From IMG/VR virus record IMGVR_UViG_3300042343_001542: a stretch of DNA of 20,000 bases. One strand, 5' to 3'. Shown here one piece after another: positions 7,632 to 15,843 of the stretch. A model generated the notes under the pieces. It saw nothing but the letters and a program-made list of their open reading frames with translations. It searched no databases and was not told the DNA's origin. Source of the stretch: an uncultured virus (IMG/VR IMGVR_UViG_3300042343_001542) (Duplodnaviria > Heunggongvirae > Uroviricota > Caudoviricetes). Position numbers and translations under genes: made by a program. Numbering within the stretch: the first letter of the stretch is position 1; each line of letters starts with the position of its first letter.

Positions 7632-9356
7632 TTACCTCATTTCTTGCATTCTAGTAAAGTTTTTCTTTTTTTCAAATTTTAACGTTCTATCGAACTTGTC
7701 TCCTAATTGATCTCCCCTATGAGAAATAACAACTATATTTGTATTATTATCCAAAGAATCTATTAGATCAAAAAATTGATCTGCCCCTTCCAAATCCAAA
7801 GAACCATCTAATATTTCATCCATGATTAAAAGATTGGTATTAACAGAATTTTTCATTTTGGCTATTTGGCGAAAAGAAAATAATATTGAAAGATCTATTC
7901 TTAGTTTTTCTCCTTCAGAAAAGTTCTCATATTTAAATTCGTCCCTATATCTACTTTTGATAACCTCTTCAAAATTTTCATTAATGTTAAAATTAACAAA
8001 AAAGTTGAGTTTTGATAGATAAGTGTTTATCAGTTTATTCATTATAGGAAGGTATTGTTTAATGATCCTAGTCTTAATACCTCCATCTTTAAGCAAAACC
8101 GAAGAAAAATCGTAGTATCTTTTAGTTTCTGTTAATTCTTCTTTAACAACCTCATATTTAGATAGTTCTCCAAACAAAGAATTTAACCTTTCATTATTTT
8201 CTTCGAAATTATCAAAAGTTTCTGAAATTTGATTTATTTGTACTAATTCTTTTTTGATGTAATTTTGAATGGCTATAATAGAAGCATTTATCCTAACAAT
8301 TTCAGATTGATGCTCTTGTATATGGTTATTAATATTTTTAATTTCCAATAACCTTTGTTCTAACGAAACGACATCAGAAGAAAGTTTCTCCAAACCAGTA
8401 TTAAATTCTTCAAGCTTAATTCTATTACCAGTTAGTTGTTTTTCTTTATGTTCTTGATCTATTGATTGTTTACAAGTCGGGCAACTATCGTTAATTTCAT
8501 AAAATTCAGAATCTTTCTTCAACTTCTTTAAATTTGTTTCTATTTTAGATTCTATAGAAATCAATTTATTTCTTTTAGTTTCCACGGAAGTTTTGTCTTT
8601 GATTTTATTCTCAAGAACTGATATATGTTTCTGAATAAGTTCTATATCTTTTTGAGATTTTTCTATTTGTATGTTCGATTTATCTATCTCTTCTAATTTT
8701 TGTTTTATTTGCTCTTTTGTTTTATCTTTATGTTCTTGTATATTCTGTTTCTGTAAATCTATTTTTTCTTTTGTTAGGTCAATATTATAGTTTTGTGTCG
8801 CTAGGTCTTCTTTCAACTTTGAAGCTTTGTCCTTTAGGAGAACGTTCATAGTAGAGAAAATCTGAATATCCAACAATTCTTCAATAATCGCCCTACGATC
8901 AGAAGCAGACATACTCATAAACGGAGTATATCTAGCGGAACCCAATATTACAACATTAATAAAGGATTTGTAATTAGTTTTCAAAATATACTTTTCAAGG
9001 TATTCTTGATAGTCTTTTGTTTTGGCATCTTGGTTTATCAGAACACCATTTTGGTATATTTCAAAAATTCCAGGTTTTATACCACGGACAACTTTATAAT
9101 TCCTACTTCCTATAGAAAATTCTAATTCTACCAACAGACCGGATTTATTAATACTGTTTACAATATTGGGTTTATTAGTCTTACGAAAAGGTTTTCCGTA
9201 GAGAGCAAATACAATAGAATCGAGCATACAAGAACTCTTGGACGCTCCATTCTTACCAATAACTAAAGTCTTTTTGTGTGTGTCCAAGTTTATCTCTACT
9301 GGGCTATTACCAACAGAGAAAAAGTTGCGCATTGTTACTTTTTTAAAAATTATCAT
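7632..9356 (-). CDS. gp46: recombination endonuclease ATPase subunit (Rad50/SbcC-like)
   Basis: Variant Walker A GKNGASKS, long coiled coil with CPTC zinc hook, signature FSEGE, Walker B LIMDE, ISH. Confidence 0.96.
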   Translation of the reverse strand: MIIFKKVTMRNFFSVGNSPVEINLDTHKKTLVIGKNGASKSSCMLDSIVFALYGKPFRKTNKPNIVNSINKSGLLVELEFSIGSRNYKVVRGIKPGIFEIYQNGVLINQDAKTKDYQEYLEKYILKTNYKSFINVVILGSARYTPFMSMSASDRRAIIEELLDIQIFSTMNVLLKDKASKLKEDLATQNYNIDLTKEKIDLQKQNIQEHKDKTKEQIKQKLEEIDKSNIQIEKSQKDIELIQKHISVLENKIKDKTSVETKRNKLISIESKIETNLKKLKKDSEFYEINDSCPTCKQSIDQEHKEKQLTGNRIKLEEFNTGLEKLSSDVVSLEQRLLEIKNINNHIQEHQSEIVRINASIIAIQNYIKKELVQINQISETFDNFEENNERLNSLFGELSKYEVVKEELTETKRYYDFSSVLLKDGGIKTRIIKQYLPIMNKLINTYLSKLNFFVNFNINENFEEVIKSRYRDEFKYENFSEGEKLRIDLSILFSFRQIAKMKNSVNTNLLIMDEILDGSLDLEGADQFFDLIDSLDNNTNIVVISHRGDQLGDKFDRTLKFEKKKNFTRMQEMR

Positions 9357-10429
9357 ATTGTATCTAGGGATAACGCTTCATTATATAGAGAACTTAGAAT
9401 ACCTTTAAGTTTGTTGGATTCTAAATCTTTTGTTTTAATATTGTCAACAAACTTCGCCAATATCGTCATAGTGTCTTCGGTTTCATCAATATCGTTTAAT
9501 TCTTCATTCAATACCTCTGAAATTTCTTCTATTATAACTAAATCTATGGGGTTGATTTTATATAAGCTATCTACATATAAATCAAACAAGTATGGGTTTT
9601 CTTTATTTTTTACTACAACCTTAATATAAGAATTAGTATATCTTTCTAATTCAAAATTCTCTATATTAGATTTAATTTCTTCTTCTTTCAATAAATCGTC
9701 ATAATACAATTTATTAAACATTTTATAAGGATTTTGGATGAATTCTAATTCTCTAGAATTTAAATCAAAAATATGGAACCCTTTGGGGTCAGAATCATCG
9801 TGCCAAGTTAATTCATATGGAGTGCCGACATAATATATATTTCCTCTATTAGACCTATGATGGTAATGCCCAGTCATTACAAATTCAAATTTATCAAACA
9901 GTTCCGGAGACATACCATCATCGCAAAGAATACCTTTATGCATAGCAAAATCTCTGAGTTCTAAATGTCCAAAACAAATATCAGACTTACTATCTCTAAT
10001 TACATTAAAACATTCGTCGTAATTATCTTTACATATCCAAGGAATAATAGTTATTGGAACGTCGTTTAGTTCTATTTGTTTAGGTTTGTCTACAATAGTA
10101 ACGTTTCCGTATTCTTTAATGAGAAGGTTTTGAGAATTTACCTCTATATTATCGCGATAAAATGAATCGTGATTACCAACTAAGGTTATTAACCTAATGT
10201 CTAATTCTTCAAATTTATCAAAGAAATATTTTTTACATTCTGACAACCCCTGCAAATGTGCGTTTTTTCTATTGTCGAAAAGGTCTCCGCTTTGTATTAC
10301 CGTTTTAATATTATTGTTAATTAAATATGGAAAAAATACGTTTTCGTAAAACCGTTCAAAATAATTATTAAAAGATTTAGACCCATTACGAACCAGAAAA
10401 TGGGTATCTCCAAGAATTGCTATTTTCAT
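9353..10429 (-). CDS. gp47: recombination endonuclease nuclease subunit (Mre11/SbcD-like)
   Basis: GDTH, GDLFD, GNHD, GHLE and GHYH phosphoesterase motifs; ATGA overlap with gp46. Confidence 0.96.
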   Translation of the reverse strand: MKIAILGDTHFLVRNGSKSFNNYFERFYENVFFPYLINNNIKTVIQSGDLFDNRKNAHLQGLSECKKYFFDKFEELDIRLITLVGNHDSFYRDNIEVNSQNLLIKEYGNVTIVDKPKQIELNDVPITIIPWICKDNYDECFNVIRDSKSDICFGHLELRDFAMHKGILCDDGMSPELFDKFEFVMTGHYHHRSNRGNIYYVGTPYELTWHDDSDPKGFHIFDLNSRELEFIQNPYKMFNKLYYDDLLKEEEIKSNIENFELERYTNSYIKVVVKNKENPYLFDLYVDSLYKINPIDLVIIEEISEVLNEELNDIDETEDTMTILAKFVDNIKTKDLESNKLKGILSSLYNEALSLDTI

Positions 10430-10432
10430 ACA

Positions 10433-12217
10433 TTATTGTGCCATTATTTGTTCTATTTGATTAAAGTCAATAGTTTCATATTGCATAAGCATTTCTGCCA
10501 TAATTTCAACTTTTGACCAATGTTTCTTCAAAATCCTTTCAGCAGACTTATAATTCTTATTGATAATCGCTTGGATCTCTTTTTGGACTAATGTTGTAAT
10601 TTCTTCCATCCCTTGTTTGAACTGAGGACCACCACCAAAACCATTACCTTCATCAACAAATTTAATAGGAGGAAGCTTTTTACTCATACCCCATTCGGTA
10701 ATCATCTTTGTTGCTATAGCCGTCGCTCTCTCAATATCGTTAGAAGCGCCAGTAGTAATAGATTCATAACCTGCATATAACTCTTCTGCTATCCTACCGC
10801 CATATAAAGAAGAGATTTGACTTTCTAATTTAGTTTTAGACATAGAAACAGAATCTCTTTCTGGTAAAAACATAGTAATACCTAACGCTCTTCCTCTAGG
10901 CACAATAGAAACTTTATATATTGGGTCGTGTTCTTTACAGTAGTATCCTACCACTGCATGCCCAGCTTCATGATATGCGGTCATTCGTTTTTCTTCATCA
11001 GACATCGCAAAAGTTTTCCTCTCTACCCCCATTAATACTTTATCTTTTGCCCGTTCAAAATGTTGTGATGATACCTCTTCTGCACCATCCCTAGAAGCGA
11101 AAATTGTTGCTTCGTTAACTAAATTAGCCAATTCTGCCCCAGAAAACCCAGAAGTTCCTCTAGCAATATGTTCTAGATTAACATTTCCGTTTAATGGTAT
11201 ATTCTTTGTGTGTACGTCAAGAATTTGTTTTCTTCCGTTAAGGTCTGGTAAACTAACAGAAATTTGACGATCAAACCTTCCGGGTCTTAATAAGGCTTTG
11301 TCTAAAATGTCTGGTCTATTAGTAGCGGCAATAACTATAATTCTTGAATTGGTACCAAATCCATCCATTTCTACCAATAAAGCGTTAAGCGTTTGATCTC
11401 TTTCGTCGTTGGAAACCATTCCAGCACTTCTAGACTTACCAACAGCATCAATTTCATCTATGAACAGAATAGCTGAGGTATTTTTCTTTAGTTCTGCGAA
11501 CATGTCTCTAACCCTAGAAGAACCAACACCAACAAACATTTCTACAAAATCAGAACCAGAACAATAATAAAAAGGAACACCAGCTTCGTGAGCAACAGCT
11601 TTTGAAAGTAAGGTTTTTCCGGTTCCTGGATCTCCAGTTAATAGAACTCCTTTAGGAACCTTTCCGCCAAGTTTATTGAACTTTTCAGGGTTTTGTAAGA
11701 AATCAATAATTTCTTTTAATTCCTCTTTTGCTTCATCACAACCAGCAACATCAGAAAAAGATACAGAATTATTTTCGTCTTTTTCTAGAAGTTTTGCTTT
11801 AGAGTTACCAATAGAACCTAATCTACCGCCAGATTGCTTACGAGCAATCCAAATCCAAACAGCAATTAACAATAATACCGGAAGAAGACTAAAAAATAAA
11901 TCAACAAAAAAACTCCTCTTAGGAGGGTCAAGAACTAAAACGTCTACATTATGCGCCAACAAATCGTTAATCAATTGTTGATCTTGATCGGGAGCATTTA
12001 CGGTAAACTCTTCTCCAGTTTTTGTAAGTACATGGATATTATTTCCTTGCATTCTTACTTTAAAGATTCCGTCGTGTTTAACGATATTAATAAATCTAGT
12101 ATAAGAAGTAACGTATTCTTCTTTTTCTTTAGGGGATGTAAGGTAATTGTATATTGTCACGGTAGACAATGCTACAGTGAATATAATTAACACTTTCAAT
12201 AAGGTTTGTTTATTCAT
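10433..12217 (-). CDS. ftsH: ATP-dependent zinc metalloprotease FtsH
   Basis: Two N-terminal hydrophobic segments, Walker A GDPGTGKT, pore loop FVEMFVGVG, Walker B IDEID, SRH TNRPDILDKALLRPGRFDR, HEAGH zinc site, TGASND; ATG at 12217 follows a GGAG RBS. Confidence 0.97.
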   Translation of the reverse strand: MNKQTLLKVLIIFTVALSTVTIYNYLTSPKEKEEYVTSYTRFINIVKHDGIFKVRMQGNNIHVLTKTGEEFTVNAPDQDQQLINDLLAHNVDVLVLDPPKRSFFVDLFFSLLPVLLLIAVWIWIARKQSGGRLGSIGNSKAKLLEKDENNSVSFSDVAGCDEAKEELKEIIDFLQNPEKFNKLGGKVPKGVLLTGDPGTGKTLLSKAVAHEAGVPFYYCSGSDFVEMFVGVGSSRVRDMFAELKKNTSAILFIDEIDAVGKSRSAGMVSNDERDQTLNALLVEMDGFGTNSRIIVIAATNRPDILDKALLRPGRFDRQISVSLPDLNGRKQILDVHTKNIPLNGNVNLEHIARGTSGFSGAELANLVNEATIFASRDGAEEVSSQHFERAKDKVLMGVERKTFAMSDEEKRMTAYHEAGHAVVGYYCKEHDPIYKVSIVPRGRALGITMFLPERDSVSMSKTKLESQISSLYGGRIAEELYAGYESITTGASNDIERATAIATKMITEWGMSKKLPPIKFVDEGNGFGGGPQFKQGMEEITTLVQKEIQAIINKNYKSAERILKKHWSKVEIMAEMLMQYETIDFNQIEQIMAQ

Positions 12218-12785
12218 TAGTTTCTCCAAGAGATTGTTCTATAATCTCGTCCATGAAAAGTTCTACACCTTTCGTTTTTTCGCTTAGGGGTTTCTTTTTA
12301 AATTCTGTTTCTTCGTATTTTTCTATAAAGTCATACATATTTTCGTATACTTCTAATTGTTTGATTTCTCCATTACCCAATTCCAATAATTCTCCTTCGT
12401 CTAAAGCTCCAAACGATTCAGTAACTTTATACTTTATATATTGTTGCTTTTTTTCTTTGGCGATTCTCCGAACAAACGCATACCAAGAAATTTGAGTGAA
12501 ATATGCAAAAGGATTTTTAGACTTATCAGGATCAAAATTCTCAAAATACATAAGCATGTTTTCTATTGCATCAGAAACCATTTCTTCTTTGAATGTATAC
12601 GCATAAAAGTTTGGACGTTTTGCCAAATTTTCTGCAATTTTGAGAAAACATTCTCCAATGTAATTAGGAATTTTAGGTTTAGAAGAACCGGAAGCTTTCG
12701 CTAAATCGCAAGACTTCTTATAAGAAATAAGAGCGTCTAAGAAATCCACGTTGTTGATGTAGTTGTTTTTTACTGGTTTGGTCAT
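12210..12785 (-). CDS. gp55: late transcription sigma factor
   Basis: NYINN, YIGECFLKIA, EMVSDAIEN and NPFAYFTQI...AFVRRI.KEKKQ motifs; GGAGG RBS. Confidence 0.96.
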   Translation of the reverse strand: MTKPVKNNYINNVDFLDALISYKKSCDLAKASGSSKPKIPNYIGECFLKIAENLAKRPNFYAYTFKEEMVSDAIENMLMYFENFDPDKSKNPFAYFTQISWYAFVRRIAKEKKQQYIKYKVTESFGALDEGELLELGNGEIKQLEVYENMYDFIEKYEETEFKKKPLSEKTKGVELFMDEIIEQSLGETNE

Positions 12786-12816
12786 ATAATCCTCCGTTAA
12801 TTCAATTTATAGTAGA

Positions 12817-12845
12817 ATTATATAAGTAAACACTCAAAAAATAAA
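12817..12845 (-). promoter_or_regulatory. sigma70-like promoter for the gp55-ftsH-gp47-gp46 run
   Basis: TTTATT (12845-12840), 17 nt, TATAAT (12822-12817). Confidence 0.65.
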
Positions 12846-12847
12846 GC

Positions 12848-12876
12848 TTTACTTTTTAAAAAAATAAAAATAAGAT
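12848..12876 (+). promoter_or_regulatory. divergent sigma70-like promoter with no sense gene downstream
   Basis: TTTACT (12848-12853), 17 nt, TAAGAT (12871-12876). Confidence 0.4.
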
Positions 12877-12913
12877 AAGTATGTACCCCGGTTGATCTAT
12901 AGATATCTAAATA

Positions 12914-13258
12914 TTAGTGTATCTTCTTAGTGTTCTTGGCATCTATTCCTTCTAAGATATCTTCTACGCTTAGATTAGCATTTACATCCAATCCATTCAA
13001 GAAATTAAAATATAGTTCTTTCATTTCTTCTTTCGGTTCCATAACAGCTAGAATTGAGCTAGGATGGATTTCTACTTCATTTTTTACTATTAAACTTGAA
13101 GGCAACCAAAATTTCATAATAAGTTCGTCTGCATTTTCTTTTGTATAAGTTATATATACAGAAACTGGATGTATCAATTTTAATGTACCTTTTCCCTTCT
13201 CATAAAAAGAAATGATATCGTCCCCTTCTTTTAATCTAAAAATTTTAATAAAACTCAT
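12914..13258 (-). CDS. conserved hypothetical protein (possibly Sm-like fold) between uvsW and gp55
   Basis: IKIFRLKEGDDII...P...W.P pattern typical of small T4-like proteins at this locus; ATG at 13258 just after the uvsW stop is preferred. Confidence 0.7.
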   Translation of the reverse strand: MSFIKIFRLKEGDDIISFYEKGKGTLKLIHPVSVYITYTKENADELIMKFWLPSSLIVKNEVEIHPSSILAVMEPKEEMKELYFNFLNGLDVNANLSVEDILEGIDAKNTKKIH

Positions 13259-13262
13259 ATAT

Positions 13263-14771
13263 TTACTCTGCTTCAAATGGTACTGTAATTATTTTATATT
13301 CAAAATGTTCTTGGTTGTAAGTCTTTACTCTTTCTAAGAAATGACCCAGAGTAAAATTTTGGTGTTTTCCTACCGAAAGGTCATCTACAATATCGTATAA
13401 AGTTGCGGCATTCTTTGATTCGTGGAGCCTTAATACCCTACCGATTGATTGCAGATTTCTTATCCTAGATTTTCCAGAAATGGCGAAAATTATATTATGA
13501 AGGTTTTTAATAGAAACGCCTGTACTCATTGTTCCGCTTGAAGCCACTATGATGGCATTACTTTCGTGTTCCATAATATTTCTTATTTTTTCCCTTTCTT
13601 CACCTTCAACGCCTCCGTGTATAAAGTATATATTTCTACCTTTTGCAAGTTTTGAGTTTTTTAAAAGTTCGTATATAACTTTTCCGTGAGTTTCTACATA
13701 ATTAAAAAGAATAATAGTATTTTTTTCCATTGATAAAGCTAGGTTTTTAATAAATATATTCCTTTTATTATTAGAAACTAAAAATTTTATTTCTTCTTGG
13801 TATTTGAACTTTTTAATCGCTTTTGAGATTTCTTTATCGTATTTCAATATTAGACATTTAATCTTTAGTTCAGAAACCTGTTTTCGGTCCATTAATTCTT
13901 TTGTAGTTATAACTTTAGTAATTGGTCCAAATAAACCTATCAAAGTTTTTTCGTTGACTTTTAGATTATCTAATGTTCCTGTTAACCCTATACGATATTC
14001 GGCATTGGTGCATTTTTCTAAAATCCCAGTTAGTGAAGTAGCTTTTGCCGTATGAACTTCGTCGTTTAAAACAAAATCGAACTGTTCAAAAAATTCTTCA
14101 TCTTTAATATCATAAATGGATTGCCACGTACTCAAAGTGATAGGAGAAGTAATTACTTTACTTTGTCCTTGATATATTTTTTGAGAATTTTTAGACATTT
14201 TCCAATCTATTAATGCCGAATAATCTTCAAAATCTGAATATAACTGATGAACAAGAGAAATATTTGGAACCAATATTAAACCCCTTTTGCCGGATTCAAT
14301 AAGGTATTTACAAATCAGGTATATAATTAAAGATTTTCCAGAAGAAGTAGGGGATAATAACAATATACGTTTGTTGTTTATAGCGTCAACAAACCCTTTA
14401 ATTTGGTAGTCTCTTGGGTCAATTAATTCCTTTTTAGAACTGAGATTTAAATTCTTAATGAAAGATTTAATTTCTTCAACATCTACCTTTTCTTTATTAA
14501 AGACATTATCTAATATTGTATATGTATAATTCCTACTTTTGCAAAAATTTATTATTTCTGGTAATAACCCGCAATAAATTTCTCCTTTGTTTTTTGAAGT
14601 AAACCTAAAAATTCTGATAATCCCGTCCCAGAGTTTCGCTTTAACTTTTGGGTGGAATTTATATCCTTCTGCGTAAAAAGCAAAAGCGTCTTGAATTTCT
14701 TGTAATGTGGATTGTTCCCCTGATAATATTAGGAAACTTTCGTTTTTCTTTTCGATAATTAAATCGTTCAT
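13263..14771 (-). CDS. uvsW: SF2 DNA helicase UvsW
   Basis: WDG.IR, PRDYQ, Walker A PTSSGKS, DEVH, GLTGT, QSIGRVLR; ATG at 14771 just after the uvsY stop. Confidence 0.96.
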   Translation of the reverse strand: MNDLIIEKKNESFLILSGEQSTLQEIQDAFAFYAEGYKFHPKVKAKLWDGIIRIFRFTSKNKGEIYCGLLPEIINFCKSRNYTYTILDNVFNKEKVDVEEIKSFIKNLNLSSKKELIDPRDYQIKGFVDAINNKRILLLSPTSSGKSLIIYLICKYLIESGKRGLILVPNISLVHQLYSDFEDYSALIDWKMSKNSQKIYQGQSKVITSPITLSTWQSIYDIKDEEFFEQFDFVLNDEVHTAKATSLTGILEKCTNAEYRIGLTGTLDNLKVNEKTLIGLFGPITKVITTKELMDRKQVSELKIKCLILKYDKEISKAIKKFKYQEEIKFLVSNNKRNIFIKNLALSMEKNTIILFNYVETHGKVIYELLKNSKLAKGRNIYFIHGGVEGEEREKIRNIMEHESNAIIVASSGTMSTGVSIKNLHNIIFAISGKSRIRNLQSIGRVLRLHESKNAATLYDIVDDLSVGKHQNFTLGHFLERVKTYNQEHFEYKIITVPFEAE

Positions 14772-14776
14772 AATGA

Positions 14777-15214
14777 CTAACTTCCGCTTAGGAATTTGTT
14801 GTAATCTACTACCGTTTTTAATTGCCAAGTACGGTTTTTTAGTTCGTTTAGGATTTGTTCGCAAGTGCTTACTACTTGATCGTGGTAGGATTTTTTATAT
14901 AATAGTTTGTTTAACCTTTCGTCTGAATTGATATACCTTTCAACGCCGCTTTTCATTAATTTTAAATCAAATTGTTCCCAACCTAATTCGTCTAAAGTTT
15001 CTTTATCTAAATTACCGTTATAATACTCTGTAAGCAGGTTTTTTAGTTTATCGTAATCTATTTTCGCTTTAATTGAAGCAAGTTTGTGGTCGTTCAAATG
15101 TCTAATATATTTTGCGTGCAATTTGGGGATACCCACAATTTCTGAGCTTAACCTTGCTTCGTCAATATTGCAATCTTTGGTCCACTCTTCTAAAATATTT
15201 TCAAGTTTTAACAT
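14777..15214 (-). CDS. uvsY: recombination mediator UvsY
   Basis: W.KD..ID, IPKLHAKY, EYYNG and NRTWQLK motifs; directly upstream of uvsW. Confidence 0.92.
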   Translation of the reverse strand: MLKLENILEEWTKDCNIDEARLSSEIVGIPKLHAKYIRHLNDHKLASIKAKIDYDKLKNLLTEYYNGNLDKETLDELGWEQFDLKLMKSGVERYINSDERLNKLLYKKSYHDQVVSTCEQILNELKNRTWQLKTVVDYNKFLSGS

Positions 15215-15234
15215 AATATATAAAATACCTCAAA

Positions 15235-15762
15235 TTATCGTTCAATATTGAATAAATGATATTTAAATGATGCTACAGCAGTAATCACTAAATCTGCGCT
15301 TTGCGTAGTGCTGAATTTTACAGGGGAAAGAGATATGGGAAATAAATTCATAAATTTCACTTTCAATCTAGGGTTATTTAGTGCAGATAAAATCGTTAAA
15401 GAAGCGTCTGAATATTGGGGTTTTTCTTTGTGGAGAGAAATTAAAGATTCTCTATTCATAGTTCTATACTCTTCGAAAGAACAAGGAAAAGTATATCCCC
15501 TAATCCAATCGTGAACAATTTGCCAAGACCACATTTCTTCATCTACGATAAATTCCATATCAAAACTTCCAAATTGGATTTTGTCTCCAGGAATAGGAAA
15601 ATCTGAAAATGGTGTCGGGTGTATTGCTGGTCGAGACCCTAACCCTGGTATATTGACTTCTTGGCAAAAATATGTTACTGTGGATATTTTAGGAAATACC
15701 ACTTGAAACTTTGACGCTTGAAGTTGGTTTGTGTTCGATGGATTTCTACTAATTGCGCTCAT
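15235..15762 (-). CDS. gp3: tail completion/sheath stabiliser protein
   Basis: N.LQASKF, YFCQEVNIPG, PGDK, FIVDE...W, SDASLTIL and FPISLS motifs; expected position between gp23 and uvsY. Confidence 0.85.
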   Translation of the reverse strand: MSAISRNPSNTNQLQASKFQVVFPKISTVTYFCQEVNIPGLGSRPAIHPTPFSDFPIPGDKIQFGSFDMEFIVDEEMWSWQIVHDWIRGYTFPCSFEEYRTMNRESLISLHKEKPQYSDASLTILSALNNPRLKVKFMNLFPISLSPVKFSTTQSADLVITAVASFKYHLFNIER

Positions 15763-15791
15763 ATATTTATTCTAAATAATGAAAAAAAGTA

Positions 15792-15820
15792 TTTATTTAT
15801 TTTGAGTTGTAGGTTATAAT
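15792..15820 (+). promoter_or_regulatory. sigma70-like promoter of the DNA-modification operon
   Basis: TTTATT (15792-15797), 17 nt, TATAAT (15815-15820), then GGGAGG RBS and ATG at 15844. Confidence 0.7.
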
Positions 15821-15843
15821 GTTTTAAAAATGGGAGGTTATTT

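Noticed and set aside
14772..14864. 31-aa N-terminal extension of UvsW in the ORF track
   Set aside because: It overlaps uvsY; ATG at 14771 matches the usual UvsW start.
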